From assembly GCA_951406725.2 (NCBI GenBank), contig OX597815.1, positions 16,058,001 through 16,122,000 on the forward strand: a DNA stretch of 64,000 nt, read 5' to 3'. The translations under genes and the position numbers were made by a program. Each line of letters begins with the position of its first letter. Position 1 is the stretch's first letter. Under the pieces are notes generated by a model that worked only from the letters and a program-made list of their open reading frames with translations, ran no database searches and had not been told where the DNA came from. This DNA is from Octopus vulgaris. Taxonomy: Eukaryota. Positions 40,467 to 53,375 of this stretch are shown in pieces.

Positions 40467-40627
40467 GAAGAGAGAATGAGAAAAGAAACTGATATTCACC
40501 GGATTTGGGTGCAGAAAAAACACAAACAACTTAAGCAAGAACGATTACTTCGGAAACGGCAACAACAAGAGATGGACAGTGTCAAGAAAGATCGAAGTCC
40601 AGAAGAAATTGAAAATGCTTATCAAAA
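40467..40627 (+). CDS. CCDC181: CCDC181-like gene, exon 5 (EERMRKETDIHRIWVQKK...ENAYQ)
   Basis: ttgcAG acceptor, AA|GTAAG donor (phase 2). Second W-x-x-KK repeat of the CCDC181/CCDC34-type C-terminus. Confidence 0.88.
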
Positions 40628-43018
40628 GTAAGACGCCATATAAATGTGGAAAATTTGTTTGGTGCTGATAACTGGCATTTGCAAAATTTCCATTCTTTTG
40701 CATGTTTATATATTTATGACAATACATTAAGGTTGTGGAACAGTGTTATTAAGCTATATCATCGTTCATCGTTTAGCGTCCACTTTCCATGCTAGCATGG
40801 GTTGGACAGTTCAATTGGGGTCTGGGAAGCCAGAAGGCTGTACCAGGCCCAGTCTGATCTGGCAATGTTTCTACGGCTGGATGCCCTTCCTAACGCCAAC
40901 CACTCCATGAGTGTAGTGGGTGCTTTTTACGTGCCACGATCAGATGGTGCTTTTTATGTGCCACCGGCACAAGGGCCAGGCGAGGCTGGCAACGGCCACG
41001 AACGGACGGTGCTTTTTACGTGCCACCGGCACGAGGCCAGTAAACCGGCACGACTATATTACATCAATAACTACAGATCATGACTTTTAATAGGGTAACT
41101 GACAACTGAAAGGACAGCAGATCGTATTTTTTCAATGACACTATATAATATTCAAAGCAAAACATCTAATTCTCAATATACCAATCTAGCAAGTAAGTAC
41201 CACAGTATGCAGTAGCTGTCCAGTGACTGTTCTGTGTACCTGACAATATAGCACTAGGTACTGGATAAAACAGTATCAATTGACCAAATAACTGTAATAC
41301 AGTACTGTATCCTGATGAGATAGTACTGTGTACGCCAATAATAGAATACTATGTAACCTGATGATGCGGTATCATGATAACACAGTATTATGAACCTTGA
41401 TGATACAATACTATGTACCCTGTAAGTGTTGGCAACGAGTATAGCAAAGAATTCAGGGTACAAGTAGGGATTCACCAATGGTCAATCCTCAACCCTTCTT
41501 GTTCATCATAGTCCAGCAATAACATCATCTATGCTGATGACCTTGTTTTTGTAGCTGAATCACTACAAGAACTAGAGAAGAAGTTCCAGATGTGGAAGCA
41601 AGGTCTAGAATCAAAGGGCCTTAGAGTCAACCTAGCAAAAAACCAAAGTCTTAGTAAGTAAGAAAGCAAACAAATCACAAATCCCTTCAAGTAGTTGGCC
41701 CTGCTTGATTTGTGGAAAAAGCACAGGTAGAAACTCCATAAGATGTACCTGGCATAATCTATAGACACATAAGAGGTGCAACAATATCAGAGGGAGATTA
41801 TATATATATATATATATATAAAACGGGAAGCTTTATGAAAATAAATAAAAGACGAAGGCAGGTGAAATACAAACAAACAATTGTATTAGTATGGCGCTCA
41901 GGAATATAAATAAAACAAGTCTTGATGTATATATATATACATCAAATAACATACAAGATAGTTTGATTTATAGAAAAATATTTGAAATCATTTCCACTTT
42001 TAGAGAGAGTAGGTCAACTGTTTGGTGTCCTTTGGTACCAATACTAAATGACGAGGGGAGATAACCTTAAGAATCAAAGATTCTCTAAAATTGACGTTAT
42101 TAAGGAGAAGACAATCTTCTCTTTGCTCTTGTCTAAAGACAAGAGAACAGCTGTGGACATATATTTCTGCCTCAATAAGCATGTTCAGCACAGCAATTGC
42201 CCTACCTTATGTTCAGCAGAAGAGACACTTAGATATATACAGAAAAGAGTAGAATATATTTAAAGCTTAAACAATTTGCATAAATTATATGAAAATAAGC
42301 CAAGAGACATAATTCAGAGTGGCTAGTGGCATGTGCTAGAACAACAAAGAAGAATATATTAAATAATATACAAGATAAATTCTTTATTGAAATTATTTTT
42401 GCTTCCAGAGAGCGTAGATCAATCATTTGATGGCAGTTGTTGCTAACTCTAAATGACAAGGGGAGATAATCTCATGAATCAAAAATTCTCGAAAACTGAC
42501 AGTATGGTTGCTTAAAGACTAGAAGGCAGATGTGGTCACCCCTCTGCTTTAACAGGCAGCAGTAGCACATGTGTACGCACACACATATACATACACACAC
42601 ACACACACACACATATATGAACATGCAAATGAGATTAGTTTTAATTTTGGATATATTCATTATTCTAAAATAAGTAAAATCCAAGTTAATAAAAGATTCA
42701 GTCATTTCCGTACATGGATCCTTCTGGGTTTTATGTGCCGACACCAATGCTTTTACTCCCATTTCAGACTTTATATCTTGTATAATTACGAAATAATTCT
42801 AAAGAAAATATTTTATCTATATTATATCACTGAAGGAGACTTGTTAGATTTTGAGACAGCCAAAGAGCATTCATGTAGTCACTCAACTGACTAGAAATAG
42901 CAGCCAGAGCTCTCTCATATCACTCCATGTAAGGAAATTTTGGGATAAAACTATCTTAAATACACTGCTTGAAAATACGATGGAATGATTCTGATCATGG
43001 GTCTGCAGAATTATAACT

Positions 43019-43315
43019 TCCTTCTCAAGCCACGCCTGGCTCATCAGGGCCGGTTCCCTGATTTCCTTGGCATATAGGTTCCCCCACCTGGATGGGACAC
43101 CGGTCTGTCGCAAGTGAGCTGCAAGATGCAGGAGGAAAGAGTGAGAGAAAGTTGTGGCAAAAGAGTCAGCTGAGGTTTGCCATTATCTTCTGCCGGAGCC
43201 GCGTGGAGCTTAGGTGTTTCGCCCATAAACACACATATCGCCCGGTCTGAGATTTGAATCCGCGATCCTTTGACCGCGAGTCCACTGCTCTAACCACTAG
43301 GCCATGTGCCTCCAC
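43019..43315 (-). mobile_element. SINE family B with a different 3' tail
   Basis: Same head and body, unrelated tail. Confidence 0.8.
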
Positions 43316-43629
43316 AGAGTTATGACTGACCTAAGGTCACATGATAAGAACACTGATACCATTACCACCAATTCAAAGAGTGGCTTCTAGACAATCACTT
43401 GACTAAACAGAAATGGCAGCCAAATATCCATCAAATCACACATGCACATACGACAATGCAGTCTTATACTTATCGTTGAGAAATTCATGGTTGGAACATT
43501 TTCAATCAGAGGTATAGCTGAAAGCTGAACAACAACAACTAGTTACTGCTCTTACAAACAAATATATATTCTTCAGTTATTTACATAAGGTGGTACAGAC
43601 AAATTAACTTCTGGGAAGGAAGTATATCT

Positions 43630-44236
43630 TTTCACTTTTACTTGTTTCAGTCATTGAACTATGGCCATGCTAGGTTTTTGTCAAACAAATCACACCTCAG
43701 TACTTATTTGTTTAAGTTTGATAATTATTCTATCAGTCTCTTTTTGCCAAACTGCAAAGTTATGGGGATCTAAACAAACAAACACTGACACAAACACACA
43801 CACACACACACACACATGCATGTGTGCGTACATATGTGTATATATATGTAATCTTTTATTTGTTTCAATCATTTGACTGTGGCCATACTGGAGCACCATC
43901 TTGAAAGATTTTAGTTGAACAATTTGACCTTGAGACTTATTTTTTAAAGCCTAGTACTTATTCTGTCAGTCTCTTTTGCTGAACTGCTAAGTTACAAGGA
44001 TGTAAATACACCAACACCAGTTGTCAAGCAGTGATTGGGGGGGGGACAAATGCAGACTCATACACACACACACACACACACACAATGGGCTTCTTTCAGT
44101 TTCTGTCTACCAAATCCACTCACAAGGCTTTGGTCAGCCCAAGGTTATAGTACAAGATACTTGCCCAAGGTGCCACACAGTGGGACTGAACTCGGAACCA
44201 TGTGGTTGGGAAGCAAGCTTCTTACCACACAGCCAT
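43630..44236 (-). mobile_element. Two adjacent diverged SINE family A copies
   Basis: Two tail modules followed by one tRNA-like head. Confidence 0.75.
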
Positions 44237-44668
44237 AACAGACTTCCACACTGTTTCTGTCAACCAGTTCACCAAGTCATTGGTTGGATTAGGGTTATAT
44301 CAGAAGATCTTTGCCCAGGGTGTCACACCTATTTCTTTACTGCCCACAAGGGCTAAACACAGAGAGGACAAACAAGGACAGACAAACAGATTAAGTCAAT
44401 TATATCGACCCCAGTGTGTAACTGGTACTTAATTTATCGACCCCGAAAGGATGAAAGGCAAAGTCGAGCTCGGCGGAATTTGAACTGCCAGCTCGCCGCC
44501 TTGTCATGCAGGGTGTCATACAGTGGGGCTGAACCCAAAACCAAGTAGTACCCAAGCAAGCTTCTTAACCACAGAGCCATACCTGTACAATTACTTAACA
44601 CCTATCCCCTACTCTGTTATTTCATTGTCTTTCTTCTTTACCATGAGATGTCTTTTATTATTATTCAG

Positions 44669-44849
44669 GTGGCTGGAAAGCAAATATCTTGAGAAAAAGA
44701 AACAGAAATGCTTAAAAAAACAGAAAAATTGGTTTCATCAGCGTTTGTTACATCGTTCCAGATTGATTAAGAACATGACATGGAATCTCTGCCTAAATAA
44801 TTCTTTTCGGTATAAAGAGCCAAGAAATGCAGTTTCAAAACTGAAATGA
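44669..44849 (+). CDS. CCDC181: CCDC181-like gene, terminal exon 6 (KWLESK...VSKLK*)
   Basis: ttattcAG acceptor in phase 2 gives AYQKWLESK. TGA at 44847-44849. Confidence 0.85.
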
Positions 44850-44900
44850 GCTGAACTGAGTTGAATGGAGTTGAGTTAAACTGAGCTGAATTGAATTGAG
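44841..44900 (+). repeat. Pentanucleotide (YTGAR)12 microsatellite overlapping the stop codon
   Basis: ctgaa atgag ctgaa ctgag ttgaa tggag ttgag ttaaa ctgag ctgaa ttgaa ttgag. Confidence 0.85.
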
Positions 44901-45001
44901 TCATCTAAAAAAATCTATAACATTCTTTAAATTCAATTTTTCATTATTTTCAAGGCAGTATTAGAAATAGATTTTTATTTCCATATACATTTTAAAAATT
45001 A

Positions 45002-45007
45002 AATAAA
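45002..45007 (+). terminator. Candidate polyadenylation signal of the CCDC181-like gene
   Basis: AATAAA about 150 nt after the stop codon, followed by a T/GT-rich tract. Confidence 0.45.
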
Positions 45008-47055
45008 CCCAATTATTTGAATACATTTGATTGTGTAGTCATTTTTTTTTCTTAAAATTCTTTATTATCTTTCTGCATTTTACCATGGGTAACTTTAGCA
45101 GAATTCACACTATCGCAAGCATCCAGACCACCAGACCAGGATCCCAGCAGAGTGTTATCAAAATCTCCCAACACTGTCTTCACTTTTGTAAGTCTCTACC
45201 GAAAGTAATACTAAATTCACTGGATAATTCTCTTTTTTCTTTTTAAATATCCATAAATTCTGTGTTCAGTTTTATTTAATTTTTTTTTACATGACTTAGA
45301 GAGAGAAAGGTGGACACAAACATACATACACAAACACATATGAGTGTCTATATATTATCATCATCATCATCATCGTTGTCATCTTCATCATCATCATAGG
45401 GTGACCTTCTATGCTTGAGGAGACCTATTGAGTCATGTACATCAACACCAAAACAAAAATCAAATGGAAATTGTAGTTGTGATACCCATGCCGGTGGCAC
45501 GTAAAAAGCACCAACCGATTGTGGTCATTGCCAGCCTCCTCTGGCACCTGTGCCAGTGGCACGTAAAAAGCACCCACTACACTCACAGAGTGGTTGGCGT
45601 TTGGAAGGGCATCCAGCTGTAGAAACACTGCCAGATCAGACTGGAGCCTGGTGCAGCCTCCTGGCTTCCCAGACCCTGGTCGAACCGTCCAACCCATGCT
45701 AGCATGGAAAACAGACATTAACCAATGATGATGATTCCATGCTGGCATGGGTTGGAGAGTTTGACAAGGATCCAATGAGTCCAAGAACTACATTGTGCTC
45801 TATTGTTGGCTTTAGCATGGTTTTCTGTGGTTGGATGCCCTTTGTAATACCCAACCACATTACAGTGTATACCAGGTGCCTTTTATTTTTATGCCACCAG
45901 CACTATTGAAGCCATCATGTAGCTTGCAAGCCTACAAAGCCTGAAAAGACGGGATGTTGTGTCCTTGTGGTAGATGAGGTTTAAGGTATGAGAGAAGAGG
46001 TTGAGGTAGAGCTGGTTCTCATGGGGGAGCTACATGGTTGATAATATTTAAGAGAGAGTAAGTGAGAATGAATAGATGGTACCTCCAAAAAGATAGATAG
46101 TGGTGATGAAGTGTTCAGGTGGCATCTCAGGTAGGTGTAAGAGTGTGTGGGTGAAAAGATAGTGAAAGTGATAAAGAGGGAAGAAGGTAGGCAACATCTG
46201 TAAAGATTGAAAAGGGGTGAGGGGAAGGGATATGCCTGAATTGGGGAGGGGCTAGAGGTATGCTAGCATCAGGGTAGTGATGATGACACTGTTGACAGGG
46301 GAAGAAAAGAGATGATATGTTTGGATAGGCTGCATAGAGATAGACAGGCAGAGTGGTCCAGAGAGGATGCGGATGCAATGGCCACTGTAACAGATGGGTG
46401 TGGAGAACAATATTAATAGATGAAGAAAGGCTAACAAATGAGATGGTTCTAGATAGCTAGAGAGAAAAGTGATATTGGGAGCAGAGAAAGAGCTGTGGTG
46501 GAGAAGATGTGGAGGGGGTGATTGATGCAGAATTGGGAGGAATTGTTAGGATTAAGAGTGACTACAAAAAGTCCTCCTCACTTTCAGAACAAAAGTAAGG
46601 AGTACCTTGCAAACTCCTTAAATCAATAAATAGCCTTCATGAATCATCCCAGTTTATTTTGGAAATAAATGAAAGGGAACTTCCATTTCTAGACATTTTG
46701 ATAATTAAAGAAAAGGTGTCAGTTACAACTGATCTCTACTGCAATGATACAGACACGCGCCAATATTTAAAGTTTAGATCTTGTCACTCTTCCCATGCAA
46801 AAAGGAACATACCATTCAATAGGGCAAGATGTATATGCTCAACAAACCGCTGTGAGAAATGACTGGTAAAACTTAACATTTCCCTTCAAAAATAGGAATA
46901 CCTGAAAAACCCAATAAATCATGCTGTAACCAAAGCAAAAGAAATCCCAATATCAGCCTTATGAAGAAACATTCCCACTGAAGGTGAAATCAAATATACA
47001 AATATAAATATCCCATTTGTAGTCACTCATAATCCTAGGAACCGCAACATCCTAT

Positions 47056-47738
47056 CATCATCATCGTCATTTAACGTCCGCCTTCTATGCTAGCATGGGT
47101 TGGACGATTTTGACTGAGGGCTGGCGAACCAGATGGCTGTACCAGGTTCCAGTCTTGATCTGGCAGAGTTTCTACAGCTGGATGCCCTTCCTAACACCAA
47201 CCACTCCGAGAGTGTAGTGGGTGCTTTTACATGCCCCTGGCACAGGGGCCAGTCAGGCGGTACTGGCAATGACTTTGCTCAAATCTTTTTACACATGCCA
47301 CTGGCAGAGGTGCCAGTAAGGCAACATTGGTAACGATCATGCTCGAATGGTGCCCTTTTATGTACCACCAGCATGGAAGCCAGTTAGCCGCTCTGGCAAC
47401 AATTATTTTCAGATGGTGCTCTTAGCACCCTACTAGCATGGGCACAAGTGCCAGTAAGGCGATGCCAGTAATGATCACACTCAAATGGTGCCTTTTATGT
47501 GCCACTGGCACAGAAGCCGGTTAGCCGCTCTGTCAACAATCACACTCGTATGGTGCTCTTTGCACCCCGCTAGCACGGATGCTAATCATCGAATTTGATT
47601 TCACTTGCCTTGATAGGTCTTTGCAAGCAGAGTTTAGTGTCCAAAGAAGGAAAAGGTACACATACGTGGGCTGGTTACGCTCCTGGCATAGGCCACAAAG
47701 TTATGGTCTCATTTGGCTTGCCGGGTCTTCTCAAGCAC
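47056..47738 (-). mobile_element. RTE 3' UTR insertion with 58-bp TSD
   Basis: Flanks 46998-47055 and 47739-47796 are identical except for 1 nt. The 5' end TGTGCTTGAGAAGACCC matches the RTE ORF end seen at about 8431. Confidence 0.88.
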
Positions 47739-48125
47739 ACAAATATAAATATCCCATTTGTAGTCACTCATAATCCTAGGAACCACAACATCCTATATTT
47801 GGTCAAAAGATACCTCCCAATTCTACATTGTATTTATCGAATCTGCAACAAATTATTGAAGAGTCACAAATCATCAATGGTTGAAGACAACTACCAAATC
47901 TCAAAAGACTCCTAACGTAGGCAACATTCTTCTCAGGGAAAGAAATAATGCAGATAATGAACTGTAGAGACTTTGTAGTAGAACATGTGGAATAATTGAA
48001 CAAGCAATAACCGAAATATTCAAGAATGAGAAATTATTAAAAGTCAATGCAAACATGAATTGCAAAATAAAAAAATCTTATCTATTGCCTCATATGCAAA
48101 GAGAATTACATTGGAGAAATAGGTA

Positions 48126-49219
48126 TGTGGCGTAATTGATATCCTCACTGTTTGAGAGACACATTAGGAATGACCTCGTTTGAGATTACAACCATCTTTG
48201 GCTAGTTTGACCCTGTTGTGTCCACTGCTCTGATTGGTTGGCATTTGGCGCAGTTTGTCTTTCGACTTATTTTGCGCCAGTGTGTAAGCCAACCAATCAC
48301 GGGCTTTGGATAAGGTCTCGTGACACTGTTTTTCTGATCCTTCATTTCAGCCTACCACAAGCTTTATAAGGCACCAGCGTTCACTATTCCTGGTCTTTTG
48401 GCTTTAGACAGTCTAAGGTCTAGTCACTGACCACAGAGCTACTCAGCCATGTTCCAGTTCTAACGACAGACGACCAGTCAGCCAACCATGCTCTTACTCC
48501 AGCCCCAGGAAGACGCTATTATACACCAGCGACAGACAGGACATTCTACATCTCCATCGCCTTCATCTCAATGTCATTTCCCTCTGCCACGACCATCACC
48601 ATCTTTGTCCTTCAACTCTGCGTATCCCCCATCTCCATCGATTTCAGCAATATGTACACATCAACATCGTCCAGGTCTAAACTCACGCTGTTTGTGAATA
48701 TTTCACCAAGGAAAAACAGTTACAGTCTACCTAAAGAACTTTCTGTATCAAGAGACTCGGCATGGCATTGAAGCCAAAACTTCTGCACATGTAGTAACCG
48801 GCATTCTGCCCCATGACCTCCAACATCTTGTTATAGAACTTGCTATCGTGTACTTCACTTACAAACTGGTAAACAAATTCCATCTTAACTCAATATGCTA
48901 AGACATTCATCTTATGCTCTGTATTCTGTTGTGTACATATTCACCTTTCTGTCGCACACATGAACACACAGACACAAACACTTGTTGCATACACACAGAC
49001 ACAACACCTTGCTAGCACTCACATACTTTACCTTTGTACACTTGTAAATAAAGTCTTCTTCTCTCTCAAACAGTAGAACGGTTGTCGTCCTTCATTTATT
49101 CCTTTTGGCACTGTATTTTATGTCATGTATCTGGCTTCATATTTTGTTAGGGGCGACCGTGCAGCATTCAAAAGGAGACATTTGTCACCAACTCCTTACG
49201 TACGGTCGTATTCCTTACA
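48126..49219 (+). mobile_element. Solo LTR (1094 bp), probably Gypsy-type
   Basis: TG...CA ends, 4-bp TSD GGTA/GGAA, TATA-like TTTATAAG at about 48363, AATAAA at about 49047. Confidence 0.78.
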
Positions 49220-49721
49220 GGAACAAAACTAGCCAACAATGTGAGTGTGCACAAACAGAAAATTAAAGATTCATCTCTAAAAATGTTCCAGGCAGTAAAC
49301 ATCTAGACATTTATGGAAATGAAAAATTCAAAATATTTCCTTTTTACAAAATAAAAAAATGAAACTGATCAAGAATGAAAGGCAAAAGTAGAATACTCTA
49401 TAAGCATTCTAAATCCAAACCTAAACTGAAAAAAGTCAACACCATTACTAGAAACAATTTCTGTATGCATTAGCCCAGAATATGTGTTGGAAAAGTTGAA
49501 CAATGAAAGTGCTGACCCACAAAATACACATCTCTACAAAAACTTCTTCCCAGTGGTTTATGGCATTCTATTTTTTGAATTAAAATTTTTAAGTAGTTAA
49601 TCATAAAATCTTCTTTAAATATTATAACTGTATCAGTTATTTTTTGTAAAACATTTAAATTACATACATAAATATGTACATACATACGCATATACATACA
49701 CACACATACATACATACATAC

Positions 49722-49767
<46 letters not shown>

Positions 49768-50054
49768 GTATATATGTATGTATGTATATATGTATGTATC
49801 TATGTATGTATGTGTGTGTGTATGTATGTGTGTATGTATGTATGTATGTATGTCGTTATCTGTGGAGCCATATCTGTAGTAAAAAGGAATGAGCTGTCTT
49901 TGGCTGCTATTTCTAAATTTTCGGTAAGTAGTGAAGCAACTTGTTTAACCCTTAATTATATAATATATATATATAAATATATATATACCAAAATAAGCAC
50001 AGAAATGTGAAGCAAGGTGGGAAAAAATAGTACTCGCATACCAGAGGCAGAGTA

Positions 50055-50245
50055 ATATGCTTTATTATTATTAAAGCTGCAAAAACTTTCACAAAAATAT
50101 CACAAAAAACTGCTACTCAGACTTTCACATTCCTGCTCATCGGAGTTTAGATTGAGAATGTTAAATGTCCGACAAACAGGAACATAAAACTCTGAGTGTG
50201 ATATTTTTGTGATATTTTTGCATCTTTAATAATAATAAAGCATAT
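50055..50245. repeat. Foldback element with hammerhead-like inner arms
   Basis: ATATGCTTTATTATTATTAAAG...ACTCAG versus CTGAGT...CTTTAATAATAATAAAGCATAT. Confidence 0.85.
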
Positions 50246-50264
50246 GTATATATGTATATATCTA

Positions 50265-50371
<107 letters not shown>

Positions 50372-50558
50372 CACGTAAAAAGCACCCACTACACTCACGG
50401 AGTGGTTGGCGTTAGGAAGGGCATCCGGCCGTAGAAACACTGCCAGATCTGACTGGGCCTGATGCAGCCTTCCGGCTTCACAGACCCCAGTTGAACCGTC
50501 CAACCCATACTAGCATGGAAAACGGACGCTAAATGATGATGATGATGATGATGATGAT

Positions 50559-50594
<36 letters not shown>

Positions 50595-51001
50595 TATATA
50601 TTGTCATTAAGAAATTTGCCTTCCAACTATGTGGTTTCTAGTTCAGTCACACTATGTGACATGTTGGAGAAGTGTCTTCTACTATGGCCCCAGGTTAACC
50701 AAAGCTTTGTGAGTATATTTGGTAGACAGAAGTTAAAAGAAATCCATAGACTCAGTGATGAAAGATGACATAGAAAAGAAAAACATGGAAGCTAAAAAAA
50801 CCTGCAGTTAGGCATAGGTTTAGAGAAGCCCTAATTGATGCATATAAGTGCCAGGAAGACAAATTAGAGACTTATACCATAAATAACAACTGGGAGTTCC
50901 TAGATGATAACCTGTTCAGGGTTTAAATTGTTACCCCCTCCCCCCTCATCCCCCAATGGTTTTTCTCTCTGGCTCCTCACAAAATTCTTTCTAATATTTC
51001 T

Positions 51002-51040
51002 AATATTTGAAAAGATGGTTACATCGAAACTGGTTATATT
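51002..51040 (+). ncRNA. Degenerate minimal hammerhead motif
   Basis: AAUAU uUGAAaA GAUG-GUUA-CAUC GAAA CUGG UU AUAUU. Stems I and II pair perfectly; the core has 2 substitutions. Confidence 0.5.
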
Positions 51041-51165
51041 TTATTAAACATTCTCTAAAATATACTTCTGTGCCTTTTACAATTTTATTTACTTTTTAAT
51101 TATAATTTTTGATTTGTATGGACTCCTAACCACTTTTCATCTATATATATATGTACATATATATG

Positions 51166-51196
<31 letters not shown>

Positions 51197-52162
51197 ATAA
51201 ACACATATATATAAAGAGAAGAAAGATGCATGGAAGGTTACTAAATGTGGAAAACGAATGGGAGAAGGAGAATCTATCAATTGAGGGACCAGCCATCAGA
51301 GTTGAAAGCAGCATAATAGATAAGACAATTAAGGATTTGAAGACAAGGAAAGCTCCTGGGCAATCAAGTATCACTGCCGAGAGGATTAAAACATCCAGCA
51401 GTGTGGGATACAGCCTAGTCACTAGTTAATCAGGTTATTCAGGAAGGCGTTATCCCAGTGACTGGTGTAGTAGTATTATAGTTAGCTGCTACAAGGGTAA
51501 AAGTGATGCCTTAGACAGAAACAACTACAGAGGTTTCAAACTGTTGGACCAGGTCATGAAAGTTACAGAGAGGGTTATAGCTCAATTGATTAGAAATAAA
51601 CTAGATGAGATGCAGTGTGGTTTTGTACCTGGGAAGAGTACCACAGATACCATTTTTAATGAGACAGCTGCAGGAAAAGTATTTGGCCAAAAGTAAGCCA
51701 TTGTACAAATGCTTTTGTTCTAGTGATATGTCATTAAACATTTTAAGACCACTTTATTAGTGTTCACATTTAAATCAAACTCAAAATTATCATATTGTTA
51801 ATGGAATTTTAAGCACTAATTGTGTGATAAATAGCAAGTTAATATCACCAATAAATAAAAATATTAGTTATTTTACATAAAAAATAATAATGTAGCCTAA
51901 TTATATCAAGATATTGATAAAATAGGCACTAGACTGAAATGATCAATGGAGTAAATATCAACTAAAACTCTTGAAGATGGTACCTTAGCATGGTCAGTGT
52001 CCAATGACTGACACCAGTAAAACAATAAAAAGAAACTGGTGTTTTTTTAGTACCAATTGTTCATGTCTAAGCAATACATTGGGCCTCACAGTGGCAATGA
52101 TGAACGACCGAAACCTTTGACATTATGCTGTGCTTGAGAAGAAGACCCATCAAGCCAAATAA

Positions 52163-52636
52163 GATCTGGTCATCAAATTTAAGTAGAGATTTCAAACTTA
52201 AAATCTTCAAAGCCACAGTCGAACCAATTCTACTATATGGCTCAGAAACTTGGACGTTATCAAAGAAGCTTGAGAGGCGGTTGGATGGAACTTACACTCG
52301 CCTCCTTATGAGAGCCCAAAATCTCTCGTAGAAGCGTCATCCACCCAAAGCACAAATATATGGGAAACTGCCACCTGTATCATCTCTTGTGAAAGGTAGA
52401 AGAGTCCAGTTTGCTGGACATTGTTGTAGAGCTGAAAACGAGGCAATTTCTACTCTTCTCCTCTGGAAGCCATCTACTTGCGATACCAGAGGGTGCACAC
52501 TCTCTTACCCTGATGCAATCTCCAGGGATACAGGCATCCAGCAACAGGACCTCCATAATGCTATGGTGGGCCGTGAAGTCTGGCGTAGCATAGTAAAGTC
52601 CATTGTCTCGACCACGGTCGAACAATGATGATGATG
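52163..52636 (+). mobile_element. Second RTE-family 3' fragment with 11-bp TSD
   Basis: IFKATVEPILLYGSETWTL, (GAT)n tail, TSD AAGCCAAATAA at 52152-52162 and 52637-52647. Confidence 0.85.
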
Positions 52637-52789
52637 AAGCCAAATAAATCAGAGTCATGGCATATACTGATGTCATGCAAATGGCACCCATGTCAGTGGC
52701 ATGTAAAAGCACCCGTTACACTCTCAAAGTAGTTGGTGTTAGGAAGGGCATCCAAATTAGACTGGAGCTTGGTGCAGCCTTTTATGATG

Positions 52790-53190
52790 TTTACCCAACA
52801 TTTCTCTATGTCATATATTCCATCGTTAAAAAAATTTCATCTTTTGCTGTGATAAACTGTCCGAATGCTTCAATTACCTCTTCTCTATTTAAGAATGTTT
52901 TATTGCTTATGAAAATTCTCAAAATGCTTAAATAAGAGATGATCAGTAGGAGAGATATCAGGGGGGAATAGGGAGGATGTTGCAAAATCTTATAATTCAG
53001 GCTTTGCAACTTTTGGACCATAGCTTGAGGAGTGTGAGGACTTGCATTGTTGTGGAGCAAAATTGGGTCATCTCTATTCACTAGTCTGGGTTGCTTCTTT
53101 TTCAAATTCTCATGCATACAATCAATTTCCTAGCAATACAATGTTGCTGTTACAGTCTTTTCTTGTTGCAAAAATGAATAAAGAATAATT
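52790..53190 (-). mobile_element. Mariner transposase C-terminal fragment
   Basis: ILLHNNASPH and LQHPPYSP in ORF 52806-53117. Confidence 0.8.
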
Positions 53191-53375
53191 CCCTCTCACT
53201 GCTCTCCACTGCAGGGAAAATCTTTGCAAGGCTCCTTCTGGATTGTCTCCAAATCATTGTGGAGGAAGACCTACCTGAATCACAACGTGGATTTCAACCA
53301 TCCAGAGGGACAACTGACATGATGTTTTGTGCTCGACAAATACAAGAAAAGAGTAGAGAACAGAGTATAGGAATA

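Larger units (their letters stand above)
46600..49620 (+). mobile_element. Degenerate Penelope-like element (RT C-terminus plus GIY-YIG), interrupted by an RTE tail and a solo LTR
   Basis: ELPFLDILI, TDLY and YLKFRSCH in ORF 46659. NLIYCLIC...ENYIGE at about 48075-48120 continues as GTKLANNVSVHKQ after 49220. Confidence 0.85.

Noticed and set aside
41310-41400. CTGATGA motifs in a TACTG-rich tract
   Set aside because: Low-complexity diverged minisatellite with no GAAA or helices.
43030-43060. CTGATGAG on the minus strand in a SINE tail
   Set aside because: No stem II/GAAA partner, so not a hammerhead.
49660-49855. YI/VC/HT-repeat ORFs here and at 7203, 22924-23461, 50252 and 63292-64000
   Set aside because: Translations of dinucleotide microsatellites.
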